DNA from: Elsinoe ampelina
Taxonomy: Eukaryota
Direction of reading: 5' to 3'
DNA: 64,000 nucleotides
Assembly (NCBI GenBank): GCA_010093995.1
Contig: ML992506.1
Coordinates: 630,551 to 694,550 of the forward strand
Shown here piece by piece: positions 1-12,202 of this stretch. Within the stretch, counting starts at the first letter, position 1. Each line of letters opens with the position of its first letter. The translations under genes were made by a program, and so were the position numbers. Under the pieces are notes generated by a model. It made no database searches. It worked only from the letters and a program-made list of their open reading frames with translations, and was not told the DNA's origin.

Positions 1-227
1 GACAGATTGATGCCGATCTAAATCTCGGTCAGCCTTGTCCTGAGCTTGTCGCTGTGTGGGAGAAGCGGACAAACGTCAGCGTATTTCAAGGCCTCTGGTG
101 ATGCTGCCGACGGAGGCACTGCGGATAGTCCAGCTGTCAGCGGGTCGGTCGACATCTTGCGAGCAGTAGCCAAGCTCCGGCAGATATGTCGCTGCAGCAA
201 GGTCGGGGAGAAAGGGCGAATAGTCAT
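1..227 (-). CDS. TatD-family DNase, 5' part only (runs off the window edge)
   Basis: Exon ...EALKYAD, then intron 74-18 (GTTTGT...CTGAC...TAG), then exon 17-1 reading IGINLS. This gives KYADIGINLS, matching the N-terminal DIGxNL motif of eukaryotic TatD. In-frame ATGs at 227 and 155. Confidence 0.8.
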
Positions 228-507
228 CAACGGATGGGGATAGCGATGAAGCGATGGTACCCAGATGCGCACGAGTCACTATAGCGGTGTCAAATTGACC
301 AATCAGCGGACAGAGTCGCCGCGGACATCAAACATCAGGCAGGAGAAAGTGCCGACGATGAAAATACTTCCCGTCATTTGCAAGATGCACTACATGATCA
401 GAGCCGCCTAGTGCCACGAAAGAGAGCGATACATAATATTCTGGTTGATCAATGTCGCGAAATCATGTTCAGATGACTCCATTCTGCTTTCACTACATTT
501 CTTAGCA

Positions 508-2665
508 ATGCCCCCAGCTCGACCTCGTAACACATCGAGAGGGCGCGCGTCAACAACACAAGATGGCACTAAGATATTGCTATTTTTGTTAGCCTTCCGA
601 ACATTCAATGCCTTCACTTTGAAGACATTCTTTCAACCAGACGAGTATTTCCAATCTCTCGAGCCTGCCTGGAAGCTTGCCTATGGAGGGGACAGCGGTG
701 CGTGGATCACCTGGGTACGTATATCTAGTCTTGCTTTGTCTCTGATATGCCACATCAGTATTGAGGTCTGCAGCTCACGAGGTCAGGAATGGCGGGAGTA
801 TCTCAGGTCCTCGATACATCCATTCCTCTTCTCCTACGCCTACAAGGTTGTGGCCTGGATCTCGACAGCACTACAATTAGACCTCCACTCCCATGGAGAG
901 CTGCTAGTTGCTGCGCCGAAACTTCTACAAGCTTGCCTGGCTGCTCTAATGGATCTGTACACTTGGAAGTTGTCGAACAAGCATTACGGACCCGGGTCTG
1001 AGGTATCTCTAGCAATGGTCAGTGGTGGTGTCATGTCAGTAGTGGCACGAGACTGATCCTGTCAAAGCTCTACATATCCCTTCTGAGCCCGTGGCAATGG
1101 TTTTGCTCGACGAGAACCCTGATGAACAGTCTTGAGTGCACACTCACTGCTGCTGCGCTATACTACTGGCCTTGGGACATGTTCACAAGTGTCACTAGCC
1201 TCCGGAAACGACCAGAAACCAATCGATCGTGAATATGTCCCAAGCGGATTTGTGCCTAAATCTGACGTTGCACAGTTTACTCTATGCCCTCACCCTAGCT
1301 GCGCTCGCAAGTATATTCCGTGCACCCAACATCCTCATTTGGCTGGTGATTGGCGGTGTCTGCTTCGTTTACAGACTTTGGCTGTGGGAAAGGTCGATCT
1401 CGGTACTGTCAAGAGCCATCGCATATGCCATCCTCGTTGGGTATGAACGGATGTCAGCTCATGTCGTGCTCTCAGCTGACTTGCATAGATGCTATATCCT
1501 GGTGTGGTCAGCATTCCTAGACTGGCGTTTCTACGGAATTGCAGTATTCCCACCGTACCGATTTATCCAGTTCAACGTCGTTCAGAGCCTTGCCGTCTTC
1601 TACGGCCAGAACAGAGCAGACTACTATTTCACAGAAGGACTGCCGATCCTACTTACCGCCCTGCTTCCCTTCGCCATCCATGGCATGTACCGAGCTCTAC
1701 GTAGCAGCCGCACAACCAAATCGACAGTAGCGAGTCATACCGCCCGTGTGCGCGACCTCACCCTCATTCTGGTCGTTCTCGTCACTATAGGTACACTCAC
1801 AACAATTCCACACAAAGAAGTGCGCTTCCTGTATCCACTTGTACCTATTTTCCACCTTTTTGCAGCTCCATCATTCGCTGGCTTCTTTGCTCCGCTCCCT
1901 TTTCCGAACAAGACCGGCCGCAAAATGGTTCTTCTCATCGTGGTGGTATTCAACATTGCTCTTGCGCTATATGCATCGCTCGTGCACCAGCGAGGCGTCA
2001 TTGATGTCATCACCTACCTCCGACACGCCCACGAGATACTCCATCCGACTTCTGATGGCATTCCCTCCGCCGCGGCTGCGGAGGACAATCAGGGTACGAC
2101 GACAGTTGCATTCCTGATGCCCTGCCATTCTACGCCATGGCGCTCGCATCTTGTCCACTCGGGCATTCATGCTTGGGCATTGACGTGCGAGCCCCCACTC
2201 AACCAGACATTGGAACAGCGAGCAATGTATTTGGACGAGGCAGATGTATTCTACGCGAGGTCTACAAAGTGGATGGAGGCAGCAATGGCACCCTTATCGA
2301 CCTTGCCTCGGCTGCCTCGAGATCGAGATGAAGCAAGGAAGCAAGTCACCAGCTTGGGGAAGCAGGGATTAGGGATCTCACCATCAGCATCTGCGGCCAG
2401 CACGAAATCTACGCTGGGAAAGGAGAGAAGAGAGCGGAAATGGCCGATGTTTCTCGTCTTCTTTGAGCAATTGGAGCCAGTCATGCGAGTCTATCCTGGT
2501 CTTGGGAAGGACAACGGCGGATATACGGAGTGTTGGCGGGGATTCAACAGTCACTTTCATGACGACTGGAGACGCAAGGGAGACGTGGTGGTTTGGTGTT
2601 TGCAGAGTGTCAAGATGCTACTCGACGAGGAGTCGCTATCTTCGAAAGGCAAGACGGAATTGTAA
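508..2665 (+). CDS. GPI10: GPI mannosyltransferase 3 (PIG-B/Gpi10, Alg9-like GT22 family)
   Basis: Motifs [80 protein letters not shown]. Introns 715-786, 1018-1067, 1229-1275 and 1441-1488 give a continuous frame. Confidence 0.95.
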
Positions 2666-5526
2666 CCAAGGCAATCAGAACAAACAGTACACGGACAATG
2701 GTCACGTGGTCCGTTCAGGGAATCAGGTCCTCAAGGTATTGTCGCACAAAGGCGATGCCCTCTGCATGCAGGACCATAAAGTCGCAAACAGGCAACAAGG
2801 TCCCATCAGACGACATGCACCATAAGCTATGTGTCAGGCGTGCCCATTCAGGCGTCGTTTTAGCGATGATCAGCCCACCTCACCCTCCATACCCGAGCCA
2901 ATACCAAGCAGATGCAGCGCGCGTATAGCAACCACACCATCTTGCCTCCTTTCAGCTGAACAAGACAGTCATACCCCTGCCTCCCTCAGCCGAACACAAG
3001 AGCCATACTATTCCTCTGACCAAAAAGGGTGGTCAGCAATCAGCATTGCCCCCATCCAGCCTGTGAGCCCCAGCCTACATTTCCCGGCTTCATCTTCCCC
3101 CCTTCACATGGCCACCGATACCCTCTCAATCAAACATGTCCCAATCTCACACCTCCCTACCTCCCCTTCACCCTATCACCTCCAACCATCCGCACATCGT
3201 ACCCTCCCCGTCCCATGCCATGCACGAACAGGAAACAGCCTATTCACCGGAAGCACAAGATACGCAGAGCCTCCTTCCCTTTCCCCTCGTTCGCACATGA
3301 TTGGCTCCCCTCAGGACCTGTGCCTGCAGACCCTCATGGCGCCAGAGCGTGGCGGACGGCGACGGATGGCGACGGTGGTGGGGCTAATGCGTGCCATCGC
3401 GGATCGGGTCTGATCAGGAGGGACACCCTCTTGAATTTCTTATGCGATGAGGGAAGGGAAGGGGATGGGATTGGTGGAGGGTTGGGATAAGGGTGCGGGA
3501 AGGAAGGGGAGGAGCCGTTAGTCTCGTGCGACGGGTCTGGTGGAGTCTGGGAGGGAGAGTTTGGGGCTGGGGATATGCGCGGATGGATGTGGATGGTGGG
3601 TGTGGGGAAGATGATGGGAAGGTTGGTGGATGGTTGTGTATCTGTTTAGAGTAGGGTTCCAAGGGAGATGGGCTGGAAGTGATTCACCTTGGAGGCTGCT
3701 TTGCATGTTCTGATGGAGCGATATGCCGATCTCTGCTTGATGTGATTCGTCAATCAGCTGAAATCGATGCGAATACTTTCCAGTACTTTGTGGCCATGTT
3801 GCACGGACCTATTACGGCTGTGGAGGAATATTGCGACCAAGTCTTTTCATGATGTCAGGCACCATCTTTTGATGCACGGTCGAACTCTCCGTTGATGCTT
3901 GTGCTGGTCTAGTGTACTTTGCAGCCACCACGGGCGACGGTGGACAAGGACAGATACGCTCGTGCTCGAGCTGGGGCGGGCAACTTTGACGCAAGTCCCG
4001 TCGGCGACGGCACGCGGGACATGGCATGAACCTTGAGCTTTACCAAAAGAGGTCTTCGTCTCCAGGTAAAGTGGTTTGTACATGTTTGTATCTGGTCGAT
4101 TGCGCCAACAGGTCTCGTCTGGGAGTGTCAATATCAAACGCATTGGCGTCCAGGCGACCTTTGGGGGAGCTTCGGATGGCGGCCAGCTTCGCCACGAATC
4201 TTAGGTGCAGTACATACCAACTGGCGGCGGGCTTGTCTCGAGCAAGCGCAAAGTGGACCGAGGACAGGGCGGCGGGATCAGTAGCAGTAATGCAGATCGT
4301 TTTTTCGAAAAGGCAGATGCCCATGACATTTTTTTTACTCGTTGATGCACGATTCAATGTCCGAGGCAGCGCGGCAGGTCCCAACAAATTTCAACAGACC
4401 CTGAGGGCATGCGCCCGCCGGAATGTGAACAAAGAAAAATAGCCCTGACGGGCTTGTGTAACAAAACATGTGAAGGGTCGAGGTATCTCAGGGAGGTCTA
4501 TGCTTTGGTTCACTTATCGTGCTGGATGTGGTTGAGATGAAGCCGTGGCCAACCTGTGAACCACCTTGTCCACCGGCTACGACAGGGAGCAGGCTGCAGG
4601 CGAGAGCGAGCCTGGCGAGAAGGAGCGCAGAGTGAGAACGTGGTAAATGCAGGTCCTGACTTGGTCAAACTCCGCGGACTATGTAATTGTGTGTCAGAGT
4701 CCGAGTATACACGGAGTTTCCAGACGGATTCGCAGGTCAAGCTTTTGATCTTTTGGGCGGCAGCTGTACAGCACAGTAATAAAATTATTCTTCGGGTGCG
4801 ACGGCGGAGACGGCGACCATTCCTCAAGGCGTCAAGCTCGATTCCTCCAAGCTGTCCTGGTTGGAGTGAGAGTCTTGGGGACAAGCACGAGTCGTGCATG
4901 CGGGCCTTATTGCGACACCCATGTCTGCTCAAGGGCTAAAAGGAACCTGTGGCGCCATTTCCCGCTACCCAAGATCGACCTGTGTTGGGCAATCACGACT
5001 CGTGCTGTCTTTTTTGGAGAGATATCACGAACAATATAATCTAATGGCAATCGATATGACCTAAATTGAATGTGGATACACAAGTCCATAGTCGTGCGGG
5101 AGAAGTGGGTTTGCTCAAGTTAGGCTCGTCAAGGTTATGGATCATGGATGTTTGGGGTCCGGGTGCATCATGATCATGCGTTCCTCCGGCCGTTCACCAT
5201 GGGTCGTGTGCCTACATGCCGGTGGTTGACCAGGATGAGTTGAGGTTGAAGCCAACTACTGTCCCAAACCTTTCGTCATCCTTCTGTGGCTGGCCATGTT
5301 TCTCTTGCCAGGTGTAGTTATAACGAGTCCGTCGCACGCTTGGCATCTACAGCAGCGGACGATGATCGCAGCCATGCTCGACGAAGAGTACACTTGACAA
5401 GCAGTGCAGATCAATATGAGGGGGCCGAGCTTTCATGGACAGGTTGAGAGTTGAGCCTTTGGTCGTCAAAAGTGCCCCGAGCTTTTCATGAACCGACCGG
5501 CAGCAAAGCAAAGAGCGCAAAGCAGC

Positions 5527-5567
5527 AGGCCCAATCGAAAAGGCCCAATCAAAGGGCCCAATCGAAA
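5527..5567 (+). promoter_or_regulatory. Three tandem CCAATC boxes (GGCCCAATC[G]AAA x3) about 600 bp upstream of the kinase ATG
   Basis: aggcccaatcgaaa-aggcccaatcaaa-gggcccaatcgaaa, with CCAAT at 5531, 5545 and 5558. CCAAT is the HAP/CBC binding core; function here is inferred. Confidence 0.4.
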
Positions 5568-6173
5568 GCCCGCCCAAAATCTCAACTGCCACTGACACAC
5601 ATCCTCGACGCTCTCTTGACTCTTGATGATGATCCATGCTCCTCCTCCAGTTCCACTCTGAACACTGAACACTCGACTCCTCTTTGCTCCTCTCCGCCCC
5701 GACGAACTACTGCTAATCGTCTGGGGCTGCTTTTTTGCTTTCCTTGCCTGTTCGTCGTCAACCGTCACTCCAGCATTTTTTGCTCTCAACCGTCCCTCAC
5801 CTGACCTCGACATTCTCAAGAGCCCCTCACACGACTTCCTCCACTGTCCGTGTCTCACTTTACGATAACACTGTATACACGCTGCACCACAGACTCGGGA
5901 TCTCTCGACACACGGTCAGAGTCCCGGCAGCGCCATGATACGATACTGGCTTCTACACAATTAATTACTGCTCAACCATTTTGCTTCGACCTTGCCGTCA
6001 TACAAAAAAAAAGTCGGACCCGGCGCAGGACTCCCATAACCTCAGGCCGGGTCGCAGGTCGACCGCAAAGGTCTGGATCGCCAGTCCGACTGCTCAAGAC
6101 TTGACCGACTCGCTTGTATACCCTATAGACCTGCTGGGTCTTTCCGGCTTTGGTCTTTTGTAAGAGCAGGACT

Positions 6174-9100
6174 ATGACGGAACCCAATCCAGACCAACCA
6201 CCAGCTCAACGGCTAGACGAGCAACTGCCCGCTATCTCTCCATCCGGCTCTGATGTCACCCCACGAGTCGAGAAACCTCTAATCATAGCAACTCAGCCTA
6301 CACCACTCACGGCGGATCCTCCAAACAGGGATGGATTCTTCGACCTCAAACCGCAGGAGGCATCCCAACCCACTGCAGACACTACTGGATCCCGAAGGTC
6401 TCCGACTCCCTCGATCGCTTCTTCCAGTTCGTCGTCAAGGTTAAGAGATGCTGTGCTCGACGTTGCGAGAAGGATGTCTGCTCAGATCGATTTGGGTTCG
6501 AGCACACGGCCGACGGTACAGAGGGACCTCTCACATGCATCTGCTGCGAGCGCAGAAAGTACGGACAGCACGGCTACTGTCGTACCCGCGAGCCCACGGA
6601 CAGGGAGACCTACTGTGACGTTCGGACCCGTGCCATATCCAAATCAAGCCTTTTCTGCGCTGCATCACCAACAATATCCTTCACCACATTTACCGCCCGC
6701 GCTAAGGACGCCTGGTATATTCGCGTCCTTACCTCCCACAGGCAATCTTCCTCCTTCACAACACATCTCCGGTGCCCGAACCCATGAACATTCACCCGCC
6801 GTCACACCAGGTCTCTTCAACCCATCGCCTGTGAGATCTTCAAGTGGTACCCCGGTGACGGAGGCATCATATCCGAGTCCATATCTACACCACCTTCATA
6901 CACAAGTACCGAAAGAGACGCATGTTGCAGATATCGATGTCGACCCGATATCGGGCCGTAAACTCATCAACGACTACGAAATCATCGACGAGCTTGGTAG
7001 AGGTACACATGGCAAAGTCAAGCTTGGTCGGTCGCTCACCACCGGCGATTTCGTTGCCATCAAGATTGTTGAGCGCTTTCCCAAAAAAAGACGGCTGGGT
7101 CGATTAGGCAATGCCGAGGACAAGGTCAAACGAGAAGTCGCCATCTTGAAAAAGGCACGTCATCCGCATATCGTAGCTTTGCTCGAAGTCATCGATGATC
7201 CAGCCAGACGTAAAGTCTACATCGTGTTGGAACGTGTTGACATGGGCGAGATACCGTGGCGACAAAGCGGACCCAAGGAAATCTGTCTGATCGAATGGCG
7301 CAGATACGAGCGCGAATCGAAAGGCATATTCGACGATCAGGAAGCCGAGAAGGAGGATCGAGCCATCATCAATCTGTGTCGCGTGCGTCGAGTCAAGACT
7401 GCTCGCAGTCGCTATCGAGAAATCAAGCGGATGCATCATCTGGACGACGACGACGACGCTCATTGGAGTATCGAGCTTGCGCCAGATATTGACGAGGAGT
7501 CCGAATTCGACAGCGCCTCAAGATCTGGCTCATACATGGACCCACAGAGTTCACCGGAACTCGATCGCATCCTTTCAAGGTCTACCGACAAACTTCATCG
7601 CGTTGAAACATCCGACCTACTCGCCACTGTCACACCGGAAACGAATCGCTTCTCAGCCGAAGATGAGAGGCTCGCCAGTGCTCTCACGGGTACCATGTAT
7701 GGTGCCTTTGAGGACCCCATGTCCCCACCCGAAGAAGACCCGCCTGCACCAGAGTCCTTGGATCGAGACTCTGCTCGCGCCGAACTTCCCCGCCTTGAAC
7801 AGGTCATCACAGAGGAAGAGGCAAGGACAGACATTCGCGGCCTGACCCGAGATTTGAGCCACGACAATCTTGCACAACGCGCGGCGGATCTGCTAGAAGT
7901 CGATATACATCCCGATCTCATGTATGTGCCTTGCATGACTATGCAAGCAGCACGCGAGTCATTCCGAGACACCTTGCTAGGTCTTCAATACCTTCATTAT
8001 CAGAATATCATCCACCGCGACATCAAGCCCCCCAACCTTCTGCAAACACGAGACTATCGCACCAAGATCTCCGACTTTGGTGTATCCTATCTCGGCCGAC
8101 CTATCGAAGACGCTGACGCAGAAGAATCAGAGACGGACCACGATTACGACGAGGCGAAAGAGCTAGCCAAGAATGTCGGCACAGCTGCTTTCTACGCACC
8201 CGAACTCTGCATCACAGACACTGAGGAGCATCCACCAATCGGCAAAGCCATCGATGTTTGGGCTCTGGGCGTGACGCTGTTCTGTATGATCTTTGCGCGA
8301 GTCCCATTTGTCGACAACGAATGGATCGTCATGCGCCGAATTGCTGAAGAAGAAGTCTACATTCCGAATAAACGCTTACGACCTGTGGACCACAAGCCGC
8401 AGTCCGACACCAATGCGCAAAATCGTCAATGGAACAAATACAGTGCCTTTAGAAATGGGTTCATGCTGGAATACGAACCGGTGCCGGACGACTTGATCGA
8501 CCTTCTCAAGCTGCTTCTCACCAAGGATGCTCGAAAGCGTATCTCACTTGAAGGTGTAAGGCATCACCCGTGGGTCACTCGTGATCTACCCGACCGTGAC
8601 GGCTGGCTGGAGACTTCCAACCCTGCGAAACAAGCTGAAGGCAAAAGGATCGAGGTATCGCGGGAGGATGTCGAGTCATCTGTCGTGCCCATTACCATCA
8701 TGGACAAGATCAAATCCAGTCTTCTCAAGGCAGCTGGCTCGGTCGGACTCGGCAGGAGCGCGTCGACAAAAAGACGCAATGCATCTCAAGACGGGTCTGG
8801 AGCTTCAGCTTCGTCGTCAGCTAGCAACATGCACAGCGAGGTGCGCGACAACCTTCGCGACTTGCGGAGGAAGAGTATGCGTGGCGATGAACCTATTCTG
8901 CAAGCACTCAAGCTGTCCCGCGATCATGATCATCCGTTGTCTAAAAGCTTGACGGCAAGTCCAGTATCAACGCCTCATCACCAACGCATCTCAAACACGA
9001 CCTCACTTGGCACTCCACGCTCCGAGACCACTTCTCTCACACCGACTCAGACCAAGACGGCAAGGCGGGATGTGCATGATTCGACAAGCTCAATGATGTC

Positions 9101-10469
9101 TACGACTGCCTCGGCAAAGACGATAAGGCCAGTCGATGGGCAGGCTCCTGGCTACTTCGACTCTTCGCCTCCTACCTCGCCCACCATGACTATGCACACA
9201 GATACTCACGGACAAGACCGTTTCAGCGGTCTCCTTGGAAGCGCCATCCGCTCGATCAAGAGTGTTCGCGATCGAAGTGCAACTGGTAGGAGCGAGGACA
9301 AGTCGTCGGTCTTGTCGAGCAGATCATCCGACACCGGCACCGAGTCGATACATGGAGATCCTAGTGTGGCTGTCAGCACAGCATCTGCCGCAGGTCAGCT
9401 CAACCCTCCGCGAGCACTGGAAGACTTCACGCCTGCTTCGAGCAAGCCTGTCAGCCCATCGGTCTCTCGCCAAAGCTCTCTTGTCACAACACCGGATCTC
9501 TCCGTCAAACAGGGCGCTTTCGATGACTTCAGACTCTCAAAGGGATCCCCGGTCGCTGTCAATACCGGTCGCCACATTCTGCCGGAGCATAAGCCACCGA
9601 CACCTCAGACAAGACCAGGTTCTCGACTGAATGAGTCGTCCGAGCGAGACTACGATCGTGCTGAAGATGAACTTCTCCGCCGACAAATTGCGGAGGGTCT
9701 CTCCAAGCAGGCTGCATCTCCAGCGACGCTTGGGCATGACACAGATCCTTGTCCACCCAGTCCTGATGACGACCTGTTCCAAGGAGGGCGATTTTCAAGA
9801 AACCTTGGCACCTCGATGGACTCGATGCCCCCGTCACTGGTTAGTGTCGAAACTGGACCGGCATCACCAAGTTCAAGCGTCATGCCTTTGATCACCCCCG
9901 TCTCGTCGGAGGATCGCATCAGACCCCGTGCAACGCCAGCCACTTCGACGCCGTCAATCCCGTCAGTGATCGATGAAGACCAGCACGAAGTTAAGGAGAA
10001 GACACCAGTGACCGCACAGAGGGCATTTCCGTCCGATCGCGACGCTGCATTCGAGCCATCATCGCATCCCGATCATGACGTATCAGCCTTTGATGCAGCA
10101 CAGCACTTCGGCGTGGTACCCCATAGCCTTCACGATGACGAAGGATATCATGCTGACACCGCCATCGATTCCGGCGAGGAGGACAATGACGACGACGACT
10201 CTAGCGATGAAGATGGTGGTCTTCTGATGATGGGTCGCGGCAAGGGCAACCCAACCCCTCCGGGCCCTCAACGAAGCACGAGTGTCAACGTCGCCGCCAT
10301 ATCTCGTCATCGAGAACGCCGCGAGACAGGCAGCAGTACTATCAGCAAGAAGTCCGAACGCAGCGGTAGCGGCGGAACCATGCGTAAAGTCAAACCCACC
10401 GATGTAAAGAGCGACCCAGAAGACGGAAGAGGAGAGCGCAAAATCAGCGCCAGTCTTACTGAAGAATAA
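6174..10469 (+). CDS. SAK1: Ser/Thr protein kinase, CAMKK / Snf1-activating kinase family (Sak1/Ssp1-like), single exon
   Basis: KETH..D.DPISGRKLINDYEI, GRGTHGKV, VAIK, HRDIKPPNLL, ISDFGVS, GTAAFYAPE, DVWALGVTLF. Large acidic insert inside the kinase domain and long disordered termini. Confidence 0.9.
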   Translation: MTEPNPDQPPAQRLDEQLPAISPSGSDVTPRVEKPLIIATQPTPLTADPPNRDGFFDLKPQEASQPTADTTGSRRSPTPSIASSSSSSRLRDAVLDVARRMSAQIDLGSSTRPTVQRDLSHASAASAESTDSTATVVPASPRTGRPTVTFGPVPYPNQAFSALHHQQYPSPHLPPALRTPGIFASLPPTGNLPPSQHISGARTHEHSPAVTPGLFNPSPVRSSSGTPVTEASYPSPYLHHLHTQVPKETHVADIDVDPISGRKLINDYEIIDELGRGTHGKVKLGRSLTTGDFVAIKIVERFPKKRRLGRLGNAEDKVKREVAILKKARHPHIVALLEVIDDPARRKVYIVLERVDMGEIPWRQSGPKEICLIEWRRYERESKGIFDDQEAEKEDRAIINLCRVRRVKTARSRYREIKRMHHLDDDDDAHWSIELAPDIDEESEFDSASRSGSYMDPQSSPELDRILSRSTDKLHRVETSDLLATVTPETNRFSAEDERLASALTGTMYGAFEDPMSPPEEDPPAPESLDRDSARAELPRLEQVITEEEARTDIRGLTRDLSHDNLAQRAADLLEVDIHPDLMYVPCMTMQAARESFRDTLLGLQYLHYQNIIHRDIKPPNLLQTRDYRTKISDFGVSYLGRPIEDADAEESETDHDYDEAKELAKNVGTAAFYAPELCITDTEEHPPIGKAIDVWALGVTLFCMIFARVPFVDNEWIVMRRIAEEEVYIPNKRLRPVDHKPQSDTNAQNRQWNKYSAFRNGFMLEYEPVPDDLIDLLKLLLTKDARKRISLEGVRHHPWVTRDLPDRDGWLETSNPAKQAEGKRIEVSREDVESSVVPITIMDKIKSSLLKAAGSVGLGRSASTKRRNASQDGSGASASSSASNMHSEVRDNLRDLRRKSMRGDEPILQALKLSRDHDHPLSKSLTASPVSTPHHQRISNTTSLGTPRSETTSLTPTQTKTARRDVHDSTSSMMSTTASAKTIRPVDGQAPGYFDSSPPTSPTMTMHTDTHGQDRFSGLLGSAIRSIKSVRDRSATGRSEDKSSVLSSRSSDTGTESIHGDPSVAVSTASAAGQLNPPRALEDFTPASSKPVSPSVSRQSSLVTTPDLSVKQGAFDDFRLSKGSPVAVNTGRHILPEHKPPTPQTRPGSRLNESSERDYDRAEDELLRRQIAEGLSKQAASPATLGHDTDPCPPSPDDDLFQGGRFSRNLGTSMDSMPPSLVSVETGPASPSSSVMPLITPVSSEDRIRPRATPATSTPSIPSVIDEDQHEVKEKTPVTAQRAFPSDRDAAFEPSSHPDHDVSAFDAAQHFGVVPHSLHDDEGYHADTAIDSGEEDNDDDDSSDEDGGLLMMGRGKGNPTPPGPQRSTSVNVAAISRHRERRETGSSTISKKSERSGSGGTMRKVKPTDVKSDPEDGRGERKISASLTEE

Positions 10470-12202
10470 AGAGGAGGACTCAATGAAAACACATGGAAGG
10501 AGGATACCCGGGCAGAGGAGGACTTATAGACACGACCAATACACGAACCGCACCGCCACGACCGCCACGGCATCTACACCAGAACCCACCAGCGTCTTTT
10601 CCGCATCGCCCGCAACGCATTTGCATGCCCTCAGTCTACACTCAACTCCAGCTTCCCGCATTCACAACATACGCTCTCGGCCCCTTGGCCTACCGAAGAA
10701 AGAGCACTTCTTGTAATCACCATTTCCCGCCTTCGACCTCGGAAGGATCGGACTTTCATTTCTCACTTTTGTCTGGCTAAAGGGAAAGGATCTTTCATTC
10801 CCGTCTCAGTCTGGGATAAGCGCCGCCGTTTAAACCATCGTTATGCATCATCTCACCTCTTTGGACCCTCGCTCAACTTAGGAGCTGCTCCGCATACTGG
10901 CTTCGCACTTTGCAATTGACATGTCTGATTGGAAAAATGGGTCGGTAGGGTAGGAATGGGCACAGCGAGGGCGTTTTCTTTTTTCTATTGCTTGGATCTT
11001 CTCTTTCAGGGGGAGGAGATGAGTGGTGGGTGGAGGGAGGGGAGGGGGGACGAGAACGATGGGGACGAAAGGTCAGTGGAGGTGAATCGAGACGCGATCG
11101 GCTCAGGAGCTGTCCATCGCTTGAGGAGAATAGAGAATGGAGACCATTCACTCATCTTTGCCTATCTACACGTGCATGCGCTTATATCCGTGCCTTCCCC
11201 CTTCCTATTGGCAGCTCAGTGACAATCAGCGGCACAGCCATCCAAGTGCCCTCCACATGTCCTAGACGGAATCACGGAGCCTCGTTCTCGCCCTGTGATG
11301 CTATCCACACTCTCCGTCCCTGAAAACCCCGTGCTTTCTGCATTGTCCTCTCCCCTCTGATTCCCGCATCGATGCCGGCCCCCGTCCCCCCCTCCCACAC
11401 CACATCCAGACTTCCTGTCAAAACTCTACCCTCTGAACTTGCTATCATTCCTTCTCTTTCCCGTACCGCGTGACGGTTGGGGAGACCCGGTCCAGGGGAA
11501 GATTCACTCGTGGTGTGGGAGTGGCGGCTATCGACGGGTGCGGAGCGGGGGTCTGGCTTGTTACTGGGTAGAGTGAGGGATGATTGAGAGGGGTGGGAGG
11601 CAGACACAGGGAGAGGCGAGCGAAGGGGGGTGGGGGAAGTGGGTTGGAAAGGCGAGGGGAGGGGGAAGAGAGGAGGTTAGGAGGAGAAAATGGGGAAGTG
11701 AGGGGTTGGTATTGTGGCCGAAGAGAAGGGTTGGGAGGTAGACGAGGTAGCGGTGAGGGTTGAGGGGGGACTGAAATTGAGGTATGCACCTGGGGTGAGA
11801 TGGCGGGTGGTATGCTGGATAGTAGGTGGGGAATGTGTGTGGGGGTAGAAGATGAGCAGAAGAGAAAGGAGGAGAAATTGTTCGTGGAGACCGATGAAGA
11901 GAAAACAAGGCCATAGAAGTAGAGGGGGAAATACGTCGAAATGGTTGCATGTGCGTGGTGTCTATCGTCTATTCCACTCGCCCGTCACTGTGGTCCATCC
12001 AAGTGTGACAGTAGGTCGGTCTCAGGAGTATCATACTGGATGTCCAGACGCCCAGTCTAGTCGTCTACGCCTGTGGTAGAAGTCTGAACCTGGTCTCGTT
12101 TGCCATTACCGCCGTCTCCCCCTGTGGAAATCAACTCCCGCTCTACCCCGTCCTTTCTGCTCAATGTCCTGTTCTAATCCATATGGTTGTGGGAATGTTT
12201 GA

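Noticed and set aside
2829..3490. Plus-strand Pro/Ser-rich ORFs (194 and 153 aa)
   Set aside because: Low-complexity products of a C-rich tract with no family motifs.
3311..3830. Possible spliced minus-strand gene including ubiquitin-like EGVPPDQ
   Set aside because: Splice signals can be strung together, but there is no convincing start and the ubiquitin similarity does not extend beyond 7 residues.
10873..12079. Many overlapping short ORFs between the kinase and PCT1
   Set aside because: Explained by purine/pyrimidine-skewed low-complexity DNA with few stop codons.
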